Assembly (NCBI RefSeq): GCF_006345805.1 | Contig: NC_043000.1 | Span: 125,116,001-125,180,000, forward strand | Reading direction: 5' to 3' | Length of the DNA stretch: 64,000 nt | Source of the DNA: Octopus sinensis | Lineage: Eukaryota | In this document: one piece after another, positions 25,368 through 37,497 of the stretch | How the letters are laid out: each line of letters begins with the position of its first letter | Numbering within the stretch: position 1 is the stretch's first letter | Made by a program: the position numbers and the translations under genes | The notes under the pieces: generated by a model | What the model was told of the DNA's origin: nothing | Seen by the model: only the letters and a program-made list of their open reading frames with translations | Databases searched by the model: none

Positions 25368-25445
25368 TCACTGCCTGGAATTAAACTCAGAATCTTGGGG
25401 TTAGTAGCCCATGCTCTTAACCACTACGCCATATGCCCGTGGGCA
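24995..25445 (-). mobile_element. tRNA-headed short retroelement carrying a hammerhead ribozyme motif (family H)
   Basis: Minus strand reads GCCCACGGGCATATGGCGTAGTGG (A box, 25431-25421)...GTTTAATTCC (B-box-like, 25386-25377), then (AAT)n/(AAC)n, then a body with CTGACGA-A-GGCTG..CAGCT-GAAAC-GTT. Confidence 0.7.
25085..25130 (-). ncRNA. Minimal type I hammerhead ribozyme motif, copy 1 (helix I closing pair mutated)
   Basis: GACAC-CTGACGA-A-GGCTGGAGGGTACATCAGCT-GAAAC-GTT-ATGTT. The first helix I pair is a C-A mismatch in this copy. Confidence 0.65.
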
Positions 25446-25462
25446 TAATAATAATAATAATA

Positions 25463-25501
<39 letters not shown>

Positions 25502-25665
25502 TAACAACAGCATCGAAAAATACCTAAGGAATGAGAACCCAGGTTCGAAATTACCCCAAGACACCTGATGAAGGCTGAAGGGTATATCAGCCGAAACGTT
25601 GTGATAACAACAAACAAGATAAGAACAAATATCCTTCAAATGTAAATAATGTAAATAATGTACAG
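25446..25665 (+). mobile_element. Headless family H body, inverted relative to 24995-25445
   Basis: CATCGAAAAATACCTAAGGAATGAGAACCCAGGTTCGAAATT...AATGTAAATAATGTAAATAATG is the near-exact reverse complement of 25025-25185. Confidence 0.85.
25560..25605 (+). ncRNA. Minimal type I hammerhead ribozyme motif, copy 2
   Basis: GACAC(25560-64) CTGATGA(65-71) extra A(72) GGCTGA/TCAGCC 6-bp stem II (73-78/87-92) GAAAC(93-97) GTT(98-600) GTGAT. Helix III is the palindrome AACGTT. Confidence 0.75.
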
Positions 25666-26044
25666 TAATCCTTGTTCCAACACAACCTTTGCATTAAGTT
25701 GGATATCAAGTTTACTTTTAGTATTAACACTGTTTTTGTTGTTATTAATTATTAAGTATGGTATCACTTTGTTAAACTAGACTTTTCTAGGCAATTCCTT
25801 AGCATGGCCACAGTCTAATGAGTGGATCAAGTGAAAAATAAAAGAAGAAAAGACAGATCAGTATGATTTCCTTGGCATTTGTGAACAGCCCATAAACCCT
25901 TACTTAATTCAGGGTATCTATACTATGTAGTTCAAGACCAGTTCAGCAAAAGTAGACCTATTGTCAAAGGCATCCCTGTCATGACCATCCCATCTTTTTT
26001 ACCTTTGTTGATTTTATTGTCTTTCAGACAGAAACCATTATCCA

Positions 26045-26465
26045 AAGGCGGTGAGCTGGCAGAAACGTTAGCATGCCAGGCGAAATGCTTAGCGGAATTT
26101 TGTCTGCCACTACGTTCTGAGTTCAAATTCCGCCATGGTCGACTTTGCCTTTCATCCTTTCGGGGTTGATTAAATAAGTACCAGTTAAGCACTGGGGTTG
26201 ATATAATCAACTTAATCCATTTGTCTGTTCTTGTTTGTCCTCTCTGTTTAGCCTCTTGTGGGCAATAAAGAAATACAATAGGTATTTCGTCTGCCATTAC
26301 GTTCTGAGTTCAAATTCTGCCAAGGTCGACTTTGCCTTTCATCCTTTCGGGGTTGATTAAATAAGTACCAGTTACGCACTGGGGTCGATCTAATCGACTT
26401 AATCCGTTTGTCTGTCTTTGTTTGTCCCCTCTATTTTTAGCCCCTTGTGGGCAATAAAGAAATAC
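26045..26465 (+). mobile_element. Two tandem family B SINE units
   Basis: GGCGGTGAGCTGGCAGAAACGTTAGC... with the internal TACGTTCTGAGTTCAAATT-GTCGACTTTGCCTTTCATCC segment repeated twice. Confidence 0.85.
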
Positions 26466-27079
26466 AAAATCATTATCCAAAGCATCATTTCCTTTTTAAG
26501 ATGTTGGGTCCTATCATTGCGATGTTTAAGCTGCTATTTTCAGCAGGTCAAGCAACCACATAACATCTGCCTCTCATTAGCTCATTTTAATGCGATGTAT
26601 CTTTCTCTGCTATTATAAGTTCTATGATATCTAGAGTGTTTAATAGAAATATTAAACTATCCTGCTAATCTAGTGCTCTAGATAGATTTAATCTTAGGTC
26701 AAACACCTCAATACTGTGAAAACATAAAAAAGAATTTGGTAGTTCATATCAGAATCCTTTAATTGGTTATATCTAAAATAGCAAGTCGTAGGTGGTTGAG
26801 TCATTTACAGTGCAAATATTATCAGTTACAGTTTTAGCCTGTATCCTGTCACTGATAAATGGCAGTCTGTCTTTACCAAAAACACAGATGAACCTGTTCA
26901 TCAAGCTGTAAATAGATTAGCATGGAGTACAGAGGTGCAGGTGTTGCTTTGTAGTTAAGAGGTTTGTTTCCCCGGTCACGTGGTTTCAAGTTCAATCCCA
27001 CTGCATGTGACCTTCAGCAAGTATCTTCTACTATAGCCTCAGGCTGGCCATCTTGTAAGTGGATTTGGGAGGAAGAAAA

Positions 27080-27310
27080 TGAAGGTAGCAAGCTGGCAGA
27101 AGCGCTGGGCGAAATGCTTAGCGGTATTTCATTTACTGCTATGTTCTGAGTTCAAATTCCATCGAGGTCAACTTTGCATTTCATCTTTTTGGGTCGATAA
27201 ATTACGTACCAGTTATGCACTGGGGTCGATATAATCGACTTAATCTGTTTGTCTGTCCTTGTTTGTCCCCTCTATGTGTAGCTCCTTGTGGGCAGTAAAG
27301 AAATAAGAAA
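27080..27310 (+). mobile_element. SINE family B copy
   Basis: Consensus match. Confidence 0.8.
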
Positions 27311-27405
27311 CTGAAAGAAACACATCATATACATACATACATACATACATACATACATTTATATGGTACCAAGGAGCCTCCCCTGGCCCTGCAAGTTAAA
27401 TTAGG

Positions 27406-27438
<33 letters not shown>

Positions 27439-27442
<4 letters not shown>

Positions 27443-27741
27443 CCTGCTCTGGGTTTCAAGAGCAATACATAGGCCACACAAAAAACAGTCTACATAAAAG
27501 AATGGATCTGCACAGATCCCAGATCAAAATTCACCATAACAGAAAAATAGCATTCAGCCAACACATAGACATTTGCACCAATAACAAAATTCCCAGCTTC
27601 AGAATTTTACCCCTCTACCAATTCAGGGATGATACAACCTGGAGCCAACGAATTAATAAAGAGACTCTCTTTATTACAAAATACAAACCCCTACTGAACG
27701 CGTCTACGACAAATGACATATCCACCACGGCCTTAGAATAA
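27439..27741 (+). pseudogene. Penelope-like element GIY-YIG endonuclease C-terminal fragment
   Basis: In frame LTCSGFQEQYIGHTKNSLHKRMDLHRSQI...HIDIC...RINKETLFITKYKPLLN (YIG, R..H, E..FI..YKP.LN). Starts exactly at the end of a (TA)n tract. Confidence 0.8.
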
Positions 27742-27992
27742 CACAAATATTAAAAATGATACACTCAAGAGATTCCCAAGAATTCATTAAAAATAAGTCC
27801 CAATCACTGCTATAATCCATAACGTGCCAATTTTAAGTCATTTAAACATTTAACACCTTACTACTTTCACACTACCTACATACCTTCTAATTCACCCTTC
27901 TCTTTCTTCTTCTTCTTCTTTTCTTCTTCTTCTTCTTCTTCTTCTTCTTCTTCTTCTTCTTCTCTTCTTCTTCTTCTTCAACAAATAACCTT

Positions 27993-29024
27993 TCGGGTCA
28001 TTAAGAATTTGTCTGATTTTCAACTAACTAAAAGTTTATTTTATTTTATCTCAACAAAAAGCAATGCAGTTAATTGAAGTATGCACCTAAATTACCAACA
28101 CAATTTTGCCATTTTATCGGTATCTTATGTATGCCAGAAGCGAAGAATTTTGGAGAGCAAGTGGTGAAGAAATCATGAAAGGCTGTTTTTGCATCTTCTT
28201 CGGATTTGAAGTTTTTACCTTGCAAAAAGTTGACTAATGCCCGGAAAACATGATAGTCAATTGGTGCAAGGTCTGGTGAATATGGTGGATGACAGAGTAC
28301 TTCCAAGTTCAGTTCTTGCAGCTTGAGTAATGTTCTTTGTGCAACATGTAGTCATGCATTGTCTTCCAAGAGTATTGGCCTATCTCTATTGACCAATTTC
28401 TGTTGATTAATCGCAAATTCACTCATCATTTCATCCGTAACAATACAATGAAAAAATGGTTCACTTTTATGCCATGACAGCAAAGAACAACAAATTTCAA
28501 GACGTGTCCTTTGATGCTCGTTCAGTTCATGTGATACCCACTTGTCCAGCTTCTTTACCTTGCCAATTTGATTTAGATGGTCCAATACAGTTGGAATCGA
28601 AACATCATACCTTGCTGCTAATTTACACGTAGAGATGTATCCACTTCTACTACAGTTTCCAGCTCATCATTATCCACGTTGGTCTCAGATCTACCACGGG
28701 GCTGATTTTCAAGTGTAAAGTCACCACACCACACCTTCACCAAACACCTCATCGATGTTTCAAGATGTCTGAGATGTATTGGTTCCATGACGGAACTCAT
28801 ATTCATAAACAACACGAATTTTTGGTTAATCCATGGGTTCACAAAAATTGATTTACAAGAGAAAACTCACTATATAATCAGACATAAGGAATTGCATTTC
28901 GGAAAGTGATGATGTAACCCATCAATGTAGCAAAATCAAAGAATTGTCAGGATAAAACATTAGAGTTAATGACTGTCAAACTTGGTGCATAAGAAAATTG
29001 GACATTTCATTCTTAATGACCTGA
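27993..29024 (-). mobile_element. Internally deleted mariner (Tc1/mariner) element with both TIRs
   Basis: ORF pieces KKLDKWVSHEL, IVTDE, LLEDNA and HPPYSPDLAPIDYHVF...GAYF. TIRs TCGGGTCATTAAGAAT (~27993) and ATTCTTAATGACCTGA|TA (29009-29026). Confidence 0.9.
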
Positions 29025-29709
29025 TAAAAGTACCATCAACCAGCTTTACCATTTTCTTTATCTTTACATCTTATTATTTATTTCTTTTAATGATTTTGAC
29101 TTGGGGATAAAATGGTGCCCAGGGCTTCCACTGGCCCTGCAAGTTAAATTGGGTTATTTAAGAAGAACCATTGTCAAGTGACACAAAGTTTATGTTGCTA
29201 CTTAGCCTTAGATGAGAGCTGAATATACAGACCTATGATCAAAAGGTGTTCTTGTCCTGCCCATACCACACCTAAGAGTACATTGTGAAATAAGTCATTC
29301 CTTTTTTTAAAGACGGTAGGATGTGACTTAATGTGGCTTAGCTTCTATTTCTAGCAACTTGAAACAACACAGTGTTGCCCTGTAGTTTAGTGCCGTGTCT
29401 GGCTGTATTTGATACTCAGTATTGCAAGCAAAATGGAGATGCTGAATTCAGTAGAAGTATGTTTAATTAATTAATTTGGTACTAAGCTTCCATGTGGTTG
29501 ATGGTTGATATAAAGTAGGGGTAATTGGACAGCAGTGTCTGGGAAGTGCTAGAAGGGGACAATATTGATACTGTCAACACAAGAGGCTGATGGATTGTGA
29601 CAAGGTCACGCATATACAAAGGTAAAATGAACCAGATGAGAGGATGGAGCCTCGTATTATTCTGTTCAGGAAATTGCAAATCCAGAATGTGTTGTTATTT
29701 TACTTCCCA

Positions 29710-30330
29710 TAGACGTACAAGGACTGATCAAAGAGTATCAGGATGAGTGTTATAAAAAGAAAAGTCCAACACACATCAATTCAGCATTTAATCTTCTTCA
29801 GAGTAGACCCCTTCTGAAGTCACACACTTTATCCAGCATTGTTTCCATTAATGGAAGCATTCCTGGACTCATTTTTTGAGATAATGAGCAGCTGCCTTAT
29901 TGCATTCTCTTGGTCCAGTGGTTAAGGCAGTGGACTCACAGTTATAGGATCACAGTTTCGATTCCCAGATCAGGCGTTGTGAGTGTTTATTGAGCAAAAA
30001 CACTTAAAGCTCCACGAGGCCCCAGCAGAGGGTGGTGGCAAACCCTTTCCCTGAAGTCTTGAAATCCCTTAAAATGGGATTCCTTTCAAACCTTCATTTT
30101 GGGATCGTAGCCATAGACCCATGATTTATCGCCTGTTATGACTGTTTTCAAAAAGTTTTCATCTTCCTTGACACAATCAAAGAAACCCTGCACAGCTGAA
30201 ACTCAATCTCCTTCTCGAGATGCCCACACTCTACACACTTTAATTCCAAGCAGTAATGGAAGTGAGTGAGAATGTTATAGCTTAGCATGCATAAGTTTCA
30301 GATCAATCTGTATCAAGTGGCTTCACCCTG
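29710..30330 (-). mobile_element. Decayed internally deleted mariner relic, interrupted by a SINE (about 29905-30050)
   Basis: Minus translation FLKTVITGDKSWVYGYDPK near 30090-30160 matches mariner TGDETW.Y.YDPE. A mariner-like 3' end lies at 29710-29900. Confidence 0.7.
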
Positions 30331-31139
30331 CATACCTAAGTTCTGTTACTATAACAAAATTCCTGATATTATTTTTATCAAGCCTTGTATATAAATTTGT
30401 GCGTTATTTTTAAGAATTGCTTTGAATTTTCTTTACAGATAGGAAAGATAGAAAGGTGTCAAAATCTTTGCTGAAATCTAAGGTAGTTAGAATGACAAGC
30501 AATAAAAATACTAAAAAGTTTGTTCAATATTATCTTAACAACATTCACAGCACACAATGATGACGTTGTTAGGAAAGCAAAGCAATGCATAAATATTGTA
30601 ATGATACTCGTGGACATCACATTTGGTGCACATAAAGAAACAACCATGTTAGCATATAAGCAATAAATTAGACACAGCATAGTGCTTCTTTCTGCCTTCA
30701 ACAATCTTTCTGCCAAAAAGGAAAAAAATTCACACCTAACTATGATTATCATGAGATTGTGCATTTTGCATCTATACGGGGTGTGCATACAGATCCTACC
30801 TACAGATCACCTACAAAATGAAACAACAGATTCATAAAATGAAGGCCATCATCTACTGCAGTGATTCCCAAAGTAGGCAGTACTGTCCACCCCCCTCCAG
30901 GAGGGTGTTGAACAAAAGAGGGGTGATAATGGGATGGCTGTAATGAGGCAATGGATTTAAAAAAAAAAACAACCCAAAATAATGGGTTAATTAATACTTT
31001 TTTTCGCTTTTACTTGTTTCAGTCATTTGACTGTGGCCATGCAGGAGCACCGCTTTTTAGTCAAGCAAATCAACTCCAGGACTTATTCTTTGTAAGCCTA
31101 GTACTATTCTAGCAGTCTCTTTTGCCAAACTGCTAAGTT

Positions 31140-31432
31140 ATGTTGTGAGTGTTTATTGAGCAAAAACGCTTAAAGTTCCACAAGGCTCCGACAGGGGGTG
31201 TTGGCGAACCCTGCTGTACTCTTTCACCACAACTTTCTCTCACTTTTTCTGCCTGTTTCCGTTGTACTTGTATTTCAAAGGGCCAGCATAGTCACACTCT
31301 GTGTCATGCTGAATCTCCCCAAGAACTACATTAAGGGTATGTGTGTCTGTTGAGTGTTCAACCACTGAGAATCGAATCGAAACTGTGATCCTATAACTGC
31401 GTGTCCGCTGCCCTAACCACTGGGCCATTGCA
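31140..31432. mobile_element. Chimeric SINE segments: tRNA-headed family D piece plus inverted family E-like piece
   Basis: GTGAGTGTTTATTGAGCAAAA..CTAAAGCTCCAC motif shared with 29980-30040 and 36660-36700; a minus-strand tRNA head lies at 31370-31432. Confidence 0.55.
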
Positions 31433-31884
31433 CCTTAACATAGATAAGTAGGTAGATTCTGTAAAGGTTAAACTGAAGGCATGTGGTCAAATGGTTAGGG
31501 TATTCAGTTTATGATCATAAAGTCATGAGTTCAATATCCAATGACACATTTTGTCCTTGAGCAAGATGTTTGTTTCACATTGCTCCAGTCCACTCAGCTG
31601 GCAAAAGTGAGTTGCACCTGTAATTCAAAAGGGCCAGCCTTGTTACATTTTGTGCCATGTTGAATCTCTCTGAGAACTTCATGAAGGGTACAGGTGTCTG
31701 TGGAGTACTCGGCCACTTGTGCATTAATTTTATGAGCAAAATTGTTCTGTTGATTGGGTCAATTGGAACATTCATTGTTGTAACCGAGAGAGTGCCAATC
31801 TTTTTAAATTTCTTTTTGTTTCTAATTTTTAGATAGGTCCTGTATTAGTCAAACTGCAGAATAACGATAGTTACTATAGCAACG

Positions 31885-32510
31885 ATGATAATGAGGTGAT
31901 GATGATGATGATGATGGAGGAGGAGGAGGAAAAGGAGGAAAGGAGGGGGGATGAGGAGGAGGTGGAGGAGGAGGAGGGGATGAGGAGAGGAAGAGGAGGA
32001 GGAAGAAGAGGAGGAAAAGAGGGGAAGAGGAGGAGGAAGAAGAAGAGGAAGAAGAGGGGAAGAGGAGGAGGAAGAAGAAGAGGAAGAAGAGGGGAAGAGG
32101 AGGAGGAAGAAGAAGGGGAAGAGGAGGGGAAGAGGAGGAGGAAGAAGAAGAGGAAGAAGAGGGGAAGAGGAGGAGGAAGAAGAAGGGGAAGAGGAGGAGG
32201 AAGAAGAAGGGGAAGTGGAGGGGAAGAGGAGGAGGAGGGGGAGGAGGAGGAAGAATTGGAGGAGGGAAAAGAGGAGGAGAAGGGAAAGGAGGAACAGGGG
32301 AAGGAGGTGGAGGAAAAAGAAGTGGAGTCAGATGTGGAGGAAGAAGAAGAAACAGAGGAGGAAGAAGAAAATAAGGAAAAAAGAGGAAGATGAAGAAGAA
32401 GAAGTGGAGGAAGTGGAGGGATTGCGGAGGAGGAGGAGGAGGAGGAGGAAGAAGAAGAGAAGAAGAAGAAGAAGAAGAAGAAGAAGAAGAAAAAGAAGAG
32501 GAGGTTAGTG
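31885..32510. repeat. Long polypurine (GAG/GAA) tract with higher-order repeat
   Basis: Visible; the GAGGAGGAGGAAGAAGAAGAGGAAGAAGAGGGGAA-like unit recurs. Confidence 0.95.
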
Positions 32511-32755
32511 AGAAGGTTGCTTTTCAACCAGACTTCCACTTAATTATTTCCCTAATTAACGACACCATTTAGGTCTTGTTGATCATAATAAACTGAGACA
32601 GCACTACAATAATAATAGAAGACATGAAATGGTTGTGTTCACCTTTTCAAGTCCCTCCTTAACCATTATGTCGATCCTTCCTCTCTTGAACAACAGGTCC
32701 TTGGAATTCTCTCCCAGCATGATTTTCCTGCATTTACCAACTTGTAACTCCTTTA

Positions 32756-32890
32756 ACCCTTTAGCATTTAAACTGACCTAATTGTTCTGTTAAAACTGAC
32801 CAGATCTAGTTTCTTATATCTATTCTAAAATGTCTTTCTAAAAATAAACTGTCTCATCATGAAAATCTAAAAGACACAAGATAATGGATT
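32756..32890 (+). mobile_element. Left end of a piggyBac-like non-autonomous element
   Basis: TTAA|CCCTTTAGCATTTAAAC terminus; no matching right TIR found. Confidence 0.4.
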
Positions 32891-33699
32891 TTATTTACTA
32901 TTTTACTTGTTTCAGTCATTTGACTATGGCCATGCTGGAACAGATGTGTCTATTCACCTCCAACAACAGAGAGCAGTCACCATATTTCATTTCATAACAG
33001 CTACCTCTGAAGAGCGCGAGGTTACATAATCGGACTGTTACCTAACACTCCATTGAAATCCTGGTGCAAAATTGATTAGTATGATCAGGCGTAATGGATA
33101 TATTATACTACACACTTCAAATTAATATATATATGTTTGTGTGTGTATATATATATATATATATTTATACACAGACACACATGCTCATGCACATTCACAC
33201 ACCCCTTTTTTAAATCATCTTTCTTCTTCTCTTTTCTTGCCTTCTTCACTCTCCTAGACTTTTCTTTACTACCCTAAGAAGTGCTATGTCCAAAGTATAA
33301 TAGCCTGTACTTTTTATATTCTTCCTTCAAAATTTATCAGTGCCAGAAAAAAACCAAAAGAAGGTGATGACGTTTTATAACCTTTTAAAGAGTTTTAGCT
33401 AATATAATTTAAGTAGAGGGAAAAGCTGAAATTGTGATTTGAAACCTGATTGCAAAACTCTCTTAGAAGCAGCTTTAAAGCGTCTGTTGCTTAAAAATAC
33501 ATACATACATTCATGCATACATAGATACATACATACATAGTTTATAAATACATACGTGTGTGTCTCTGTGCATCCATGTGTGTGTGTGTGTGAGTGTTTG
33601 TGTTTATGCATATAAATTGATTTTGTTTATGTAAAGATATGGCTCTTCCTCTCTTATCTTAGTGTCTGAAGAAGGTTTTAGAATAAATCCATTGAGACA

Positions 33700-33960
<261 letters not shown>

Positions 33961-34334
33961 AGACACATATGAAAAGGAAGATAGAGATGTAAAGATACAG
34001 AGATAAAGAAAAAGCTCGATGTTTCCACATTTTCAATGGTGATTGAATATATTTTTGCATATGTGATTTTTGTGCTTAAACACATCTGAGAAGGAAACAG
34101 ATAAATAAGATTTATGCTTATAATTTCGAAATTTGATAGCTTTACAAAAGGTAGTGTGGATGAGTGAACTTATATGATTCATTAATCATTAGCAAAGGTA
34201 TTCAAGGAAATCAAATAGATAAAGCCCATTTATAATAATTGCTGTGTTTTACATTGTAAGTTTGATTATGTCGCTTTAGTAAAATATATTTGTATGCAAG
34301 GCTACATCATTGTGGTGGAGTATGAAGTTCCCCT

Positions 34335-34352
34335 ATAACATATACATATAGA

Positions 34353-34383
<31 letters not shown>

Positions 34384-34462
34384 ATATACATGCATATATA
34401 TATACATATACATATATATATATACACATATATATATATGTATATATATATACATATATATA

Positions 34463-34519
<57 letters not shown>

Positions 34520-34860
34520 TATATACATATATACATATATACATATATATTTATATATATATGTATATATATGTGTATATATATATATATATATCTGTGT
34601 GTGTGTGTGCACACATATATATGTACATACATATATATATTACAGACATATATGCTACATATATACTATATATATATTATGTATATATGTACACATATAC
34701 ACACACTCACATACATACATCTATATACATATAAATATACATTATATCTATAATATATATGTATATACATATCTTTATGTGAATATATATATATATATAT
34801 ATATAAATTTACACATACACATATTTTCTCATATGTATATTGTGTGTATGTATAGAATAT
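34335..34860. repeat. Degenerate (TA)n/(CA)n low-complexity tract
   Basis: Visible. Confidence 0.95.
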
Positions 34861-35679
34861 CCTTCATGCTTATGAATATCAAGTGAGTTAATATGTCTAA
34901 ATATCATTTTAAAATCATATTTAGACATTTTCATTTTGAAAAGAGATAAATGATTTGATATTTATATATTTGTTATATCACTTCAACTTGTATAAGAAAT
35001 GATACAATGTAGTTATATATAACTATATATATAACAGCTATATGTTTTGGCAGTATAAGGAAGCTGTGTCTATACTTTATTTATATATATACATATAGAT
35101 TCAGATATAGATAAATATATGCATATATTTAGCTATGTGTTTATTTAATTCATATATTCTTGAAGAAATTAATTGTCATGAATATATTGTGTACAAAATG
35201 AAATATATCATCGAAAAAAAAGAGAAAATATAATTTTTCAATTAGAAGACATCTGATGGGGAAAATATATATTTACATAATTAAAGTAAATACCAGGGTA
35301 GCTATGATTGACTAAATCCCTTGAAGGCTGTCTAATCGCAGAAACCAGTGAAAGAAAATCACAAAACTAATTAATTATAACATTATGAAACACAAATGGC
35401 TGTGAAATTAGTTGATTTTTTTGTTGTTTGTTAATCAGTTGTTTAGTTTTTAAGTATGGTATGGTTATGTAGTTAGAAAGTTTGTTTCAAAATTGCATGA
35501 TTTCAAGTTCCATCCCACTGTGCTGCACTTTGAACAAATATTTTTGTTTTTTTTTACTGACTAACGATTGCAAATGAAATTTGTGAGACAGAAATTGTAT
35601 GGAAGTATATACATTGTACATCCATTAATCCATCCATCCATCCATCCATATATATACATATATTCCTTTTTTTCGTTTA

Positions 35680-35890
35680 TTTTTTTCAATCATTTATTTG
35701 ACTGTGACCATGCTGGAGCACCGCCTTTAGTCAAATGAATCGACCCCAGGATTTATTCTATCGGTCTCTTTTTCCGAACCGCTAAGTTACAGGAACATAA
35801 ACACACCACCCTTGGTTGTCAAGCAATGTTGGGTGGATAAACACAGACACACAAACATATACACGCACATACATATACACACATACATGC

Positions 35891-35975
<85 letters not shown>

Positions 35976-36345
35976 CATATATATGATGGGCTTCTTTCAG
36001 TTTCCACCTACCAAATTCACTCACAAGGCATTGGTTGGTCCGAGGCTATAGTAGAAGACACTTGCCCAATGTGTCATGCTGTAAGACTGAACCCAGAACC
36101 ATGTGATTGGTAAGCAAGCTACTTACCACACAGCTGCTCCTTTACCAATATATATATACAATGGGCTTCTTTCAGTTTCCATCTACTAAATTCACTCACA
36201 AGGCTATGGTTGGCCCAATGCTATAGTAGAAGACACGTGACCAAGATGTCATGCAGAAAGATAGAACCCAGGACCATGTGGTTGGTAAGCAAGCTACTTA
36301 ACACACAGCTACACCTGTGCCTATGCAGCCACTCCTGCGCCTACA
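35680..36345 (-). mobile_element. SINE family A copy plus an additional 5' half
   Basis: Reverse-complement matches at 35680-36135 and 36160-36345. Confidence 0.8.
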
Positions 36346-36489
36346 TATATCTTTTAAATTTGTTCATGGGAAATGTTTGGAGCATGTAAATAAATCTCCT
36401 ATTCTATTATGCTGACCACAGTCTAATGATGCTGACTAATGAACTAGTTTTTTAGTGTTTCAATGAGCTGTACCGATATTGTTTGTTCC

Positions 36490-36790
36490 TTCTTGAGCTA
36501 CGCCTGGCTCATAGGGCTGGTTTCCCAGTTTCCTTGGCGTATAGGTTCCCCACCTGGATAGGGTGCCGGTCCGTTGTAGGTGAGCTGCAAGATGCAGGAG
36601 GAAAGAGTGAGAGAAAGTTGTGGTGAAAGAGTCAGCAGAAGTTCGCCATTACCTTCTGCCAGAGCCGTGTGGAGCTTAGGTGTTTTGCTCATAAATACAC
36701 ACGTCGCCCTGTCTGAGATTTGAACTTGCGATCTCTTGACTGTGAGTCTTCTGCTCTAACCACTAGGCTATGTGCTTCCACTGTACCAAT
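36490..36790 (-). mobile_element. tRNA-headed SINE family D, near full length
   Basis: Minus strand: TAGCCTAGTGGTTAGAGC (A box), GTTCAAATC (B box), body, ...CCCTATGAGCCAGGCGTAGCTCAAGAAGGAACAAACAA tail. Confidence 0.75.
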
Positions 36791-37497
36791 ATAATGTAGA
36801 ATAAATTTAGTAATAATAATGATAATCCATGGATAGAATTTATAAACATTTAATGCATCACTATGCACGATTCCACAAACTACATGTCTCTTAAGACCAC
36901 AATCCATATTCCTGGGATGATTGCAGCGTAACCCATAGTATCCGTGGGTATTGTGTTGATCATCTTCATGGATTCATTTCTTCAGGTGATATAACATTAA
37001 TAGATGTTTAGTCACCATATTTCATTCCATATCAGCTACCTCTGATGAGCACAGGGTTACATAATCAGATTGTTATCAAACACTACGTTGAATCCCTGGT
37101 GCAAAACCAATTGGTAAGGTCAGCTGTAATGATACGGTACACTTTGGATAATACACCGACTCTATCGATAGATCACGAGTGCATTTTTTCCTGACTTATG
37201 GACACATAGATGACTTACACACACATGTATGTGTGTGTCTGTGTTTGCCTCCCACTGCTGCTTGACAACCGGTGTTGGTATGTTTACATCCCTGTAACCT
37301 AGCAGTTCAGCCAAAGAGACTGATAGAATAAATACTAGGCTTGAAAAGAAATAAATCCTTGCGGGGGGGTTGATTTTTCGAGGAAAAACCCTTCAAGGTG
37401 GTGCTCCAGCATGGCCACAGTATAATGACTGAAACAAGTAAAAGATAAAAGGTAAATGATAAATAAGAATAACGCAAGCAATAGCAAAACATGATGA

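Noticed and set aside
25365-25445. Genuine tRNA gene (also the heads at 10875, 36720-36790 and the family A heads)
   Set aside because: A/B boxes are present but acceptor and T stems are incomplete, and each head continues into a repeat body, so these are SINE heads.
30760-30830. Strong minus-strand acceptor TTGTTTCATTTTGTAG
   Set aside because: All three frames stop within 5 codons and there is no supporting upstream exon.
31874-32572. Poly-Glu/Arg and poly-Ser/Pro ORFs
   Set aside because: Read-through of a GAG/GAA purine tract.
32995-33060. CTGAAGA/CTGATGA motif with TAACAG/CTGTTA pairing (also 37035-37075) as a hammerhead
   Set aside because: Neither copy has GAAA after stem II or a helix I. 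It is a dispersed repeat (a related piece is at 15610-15660) of unknown class.
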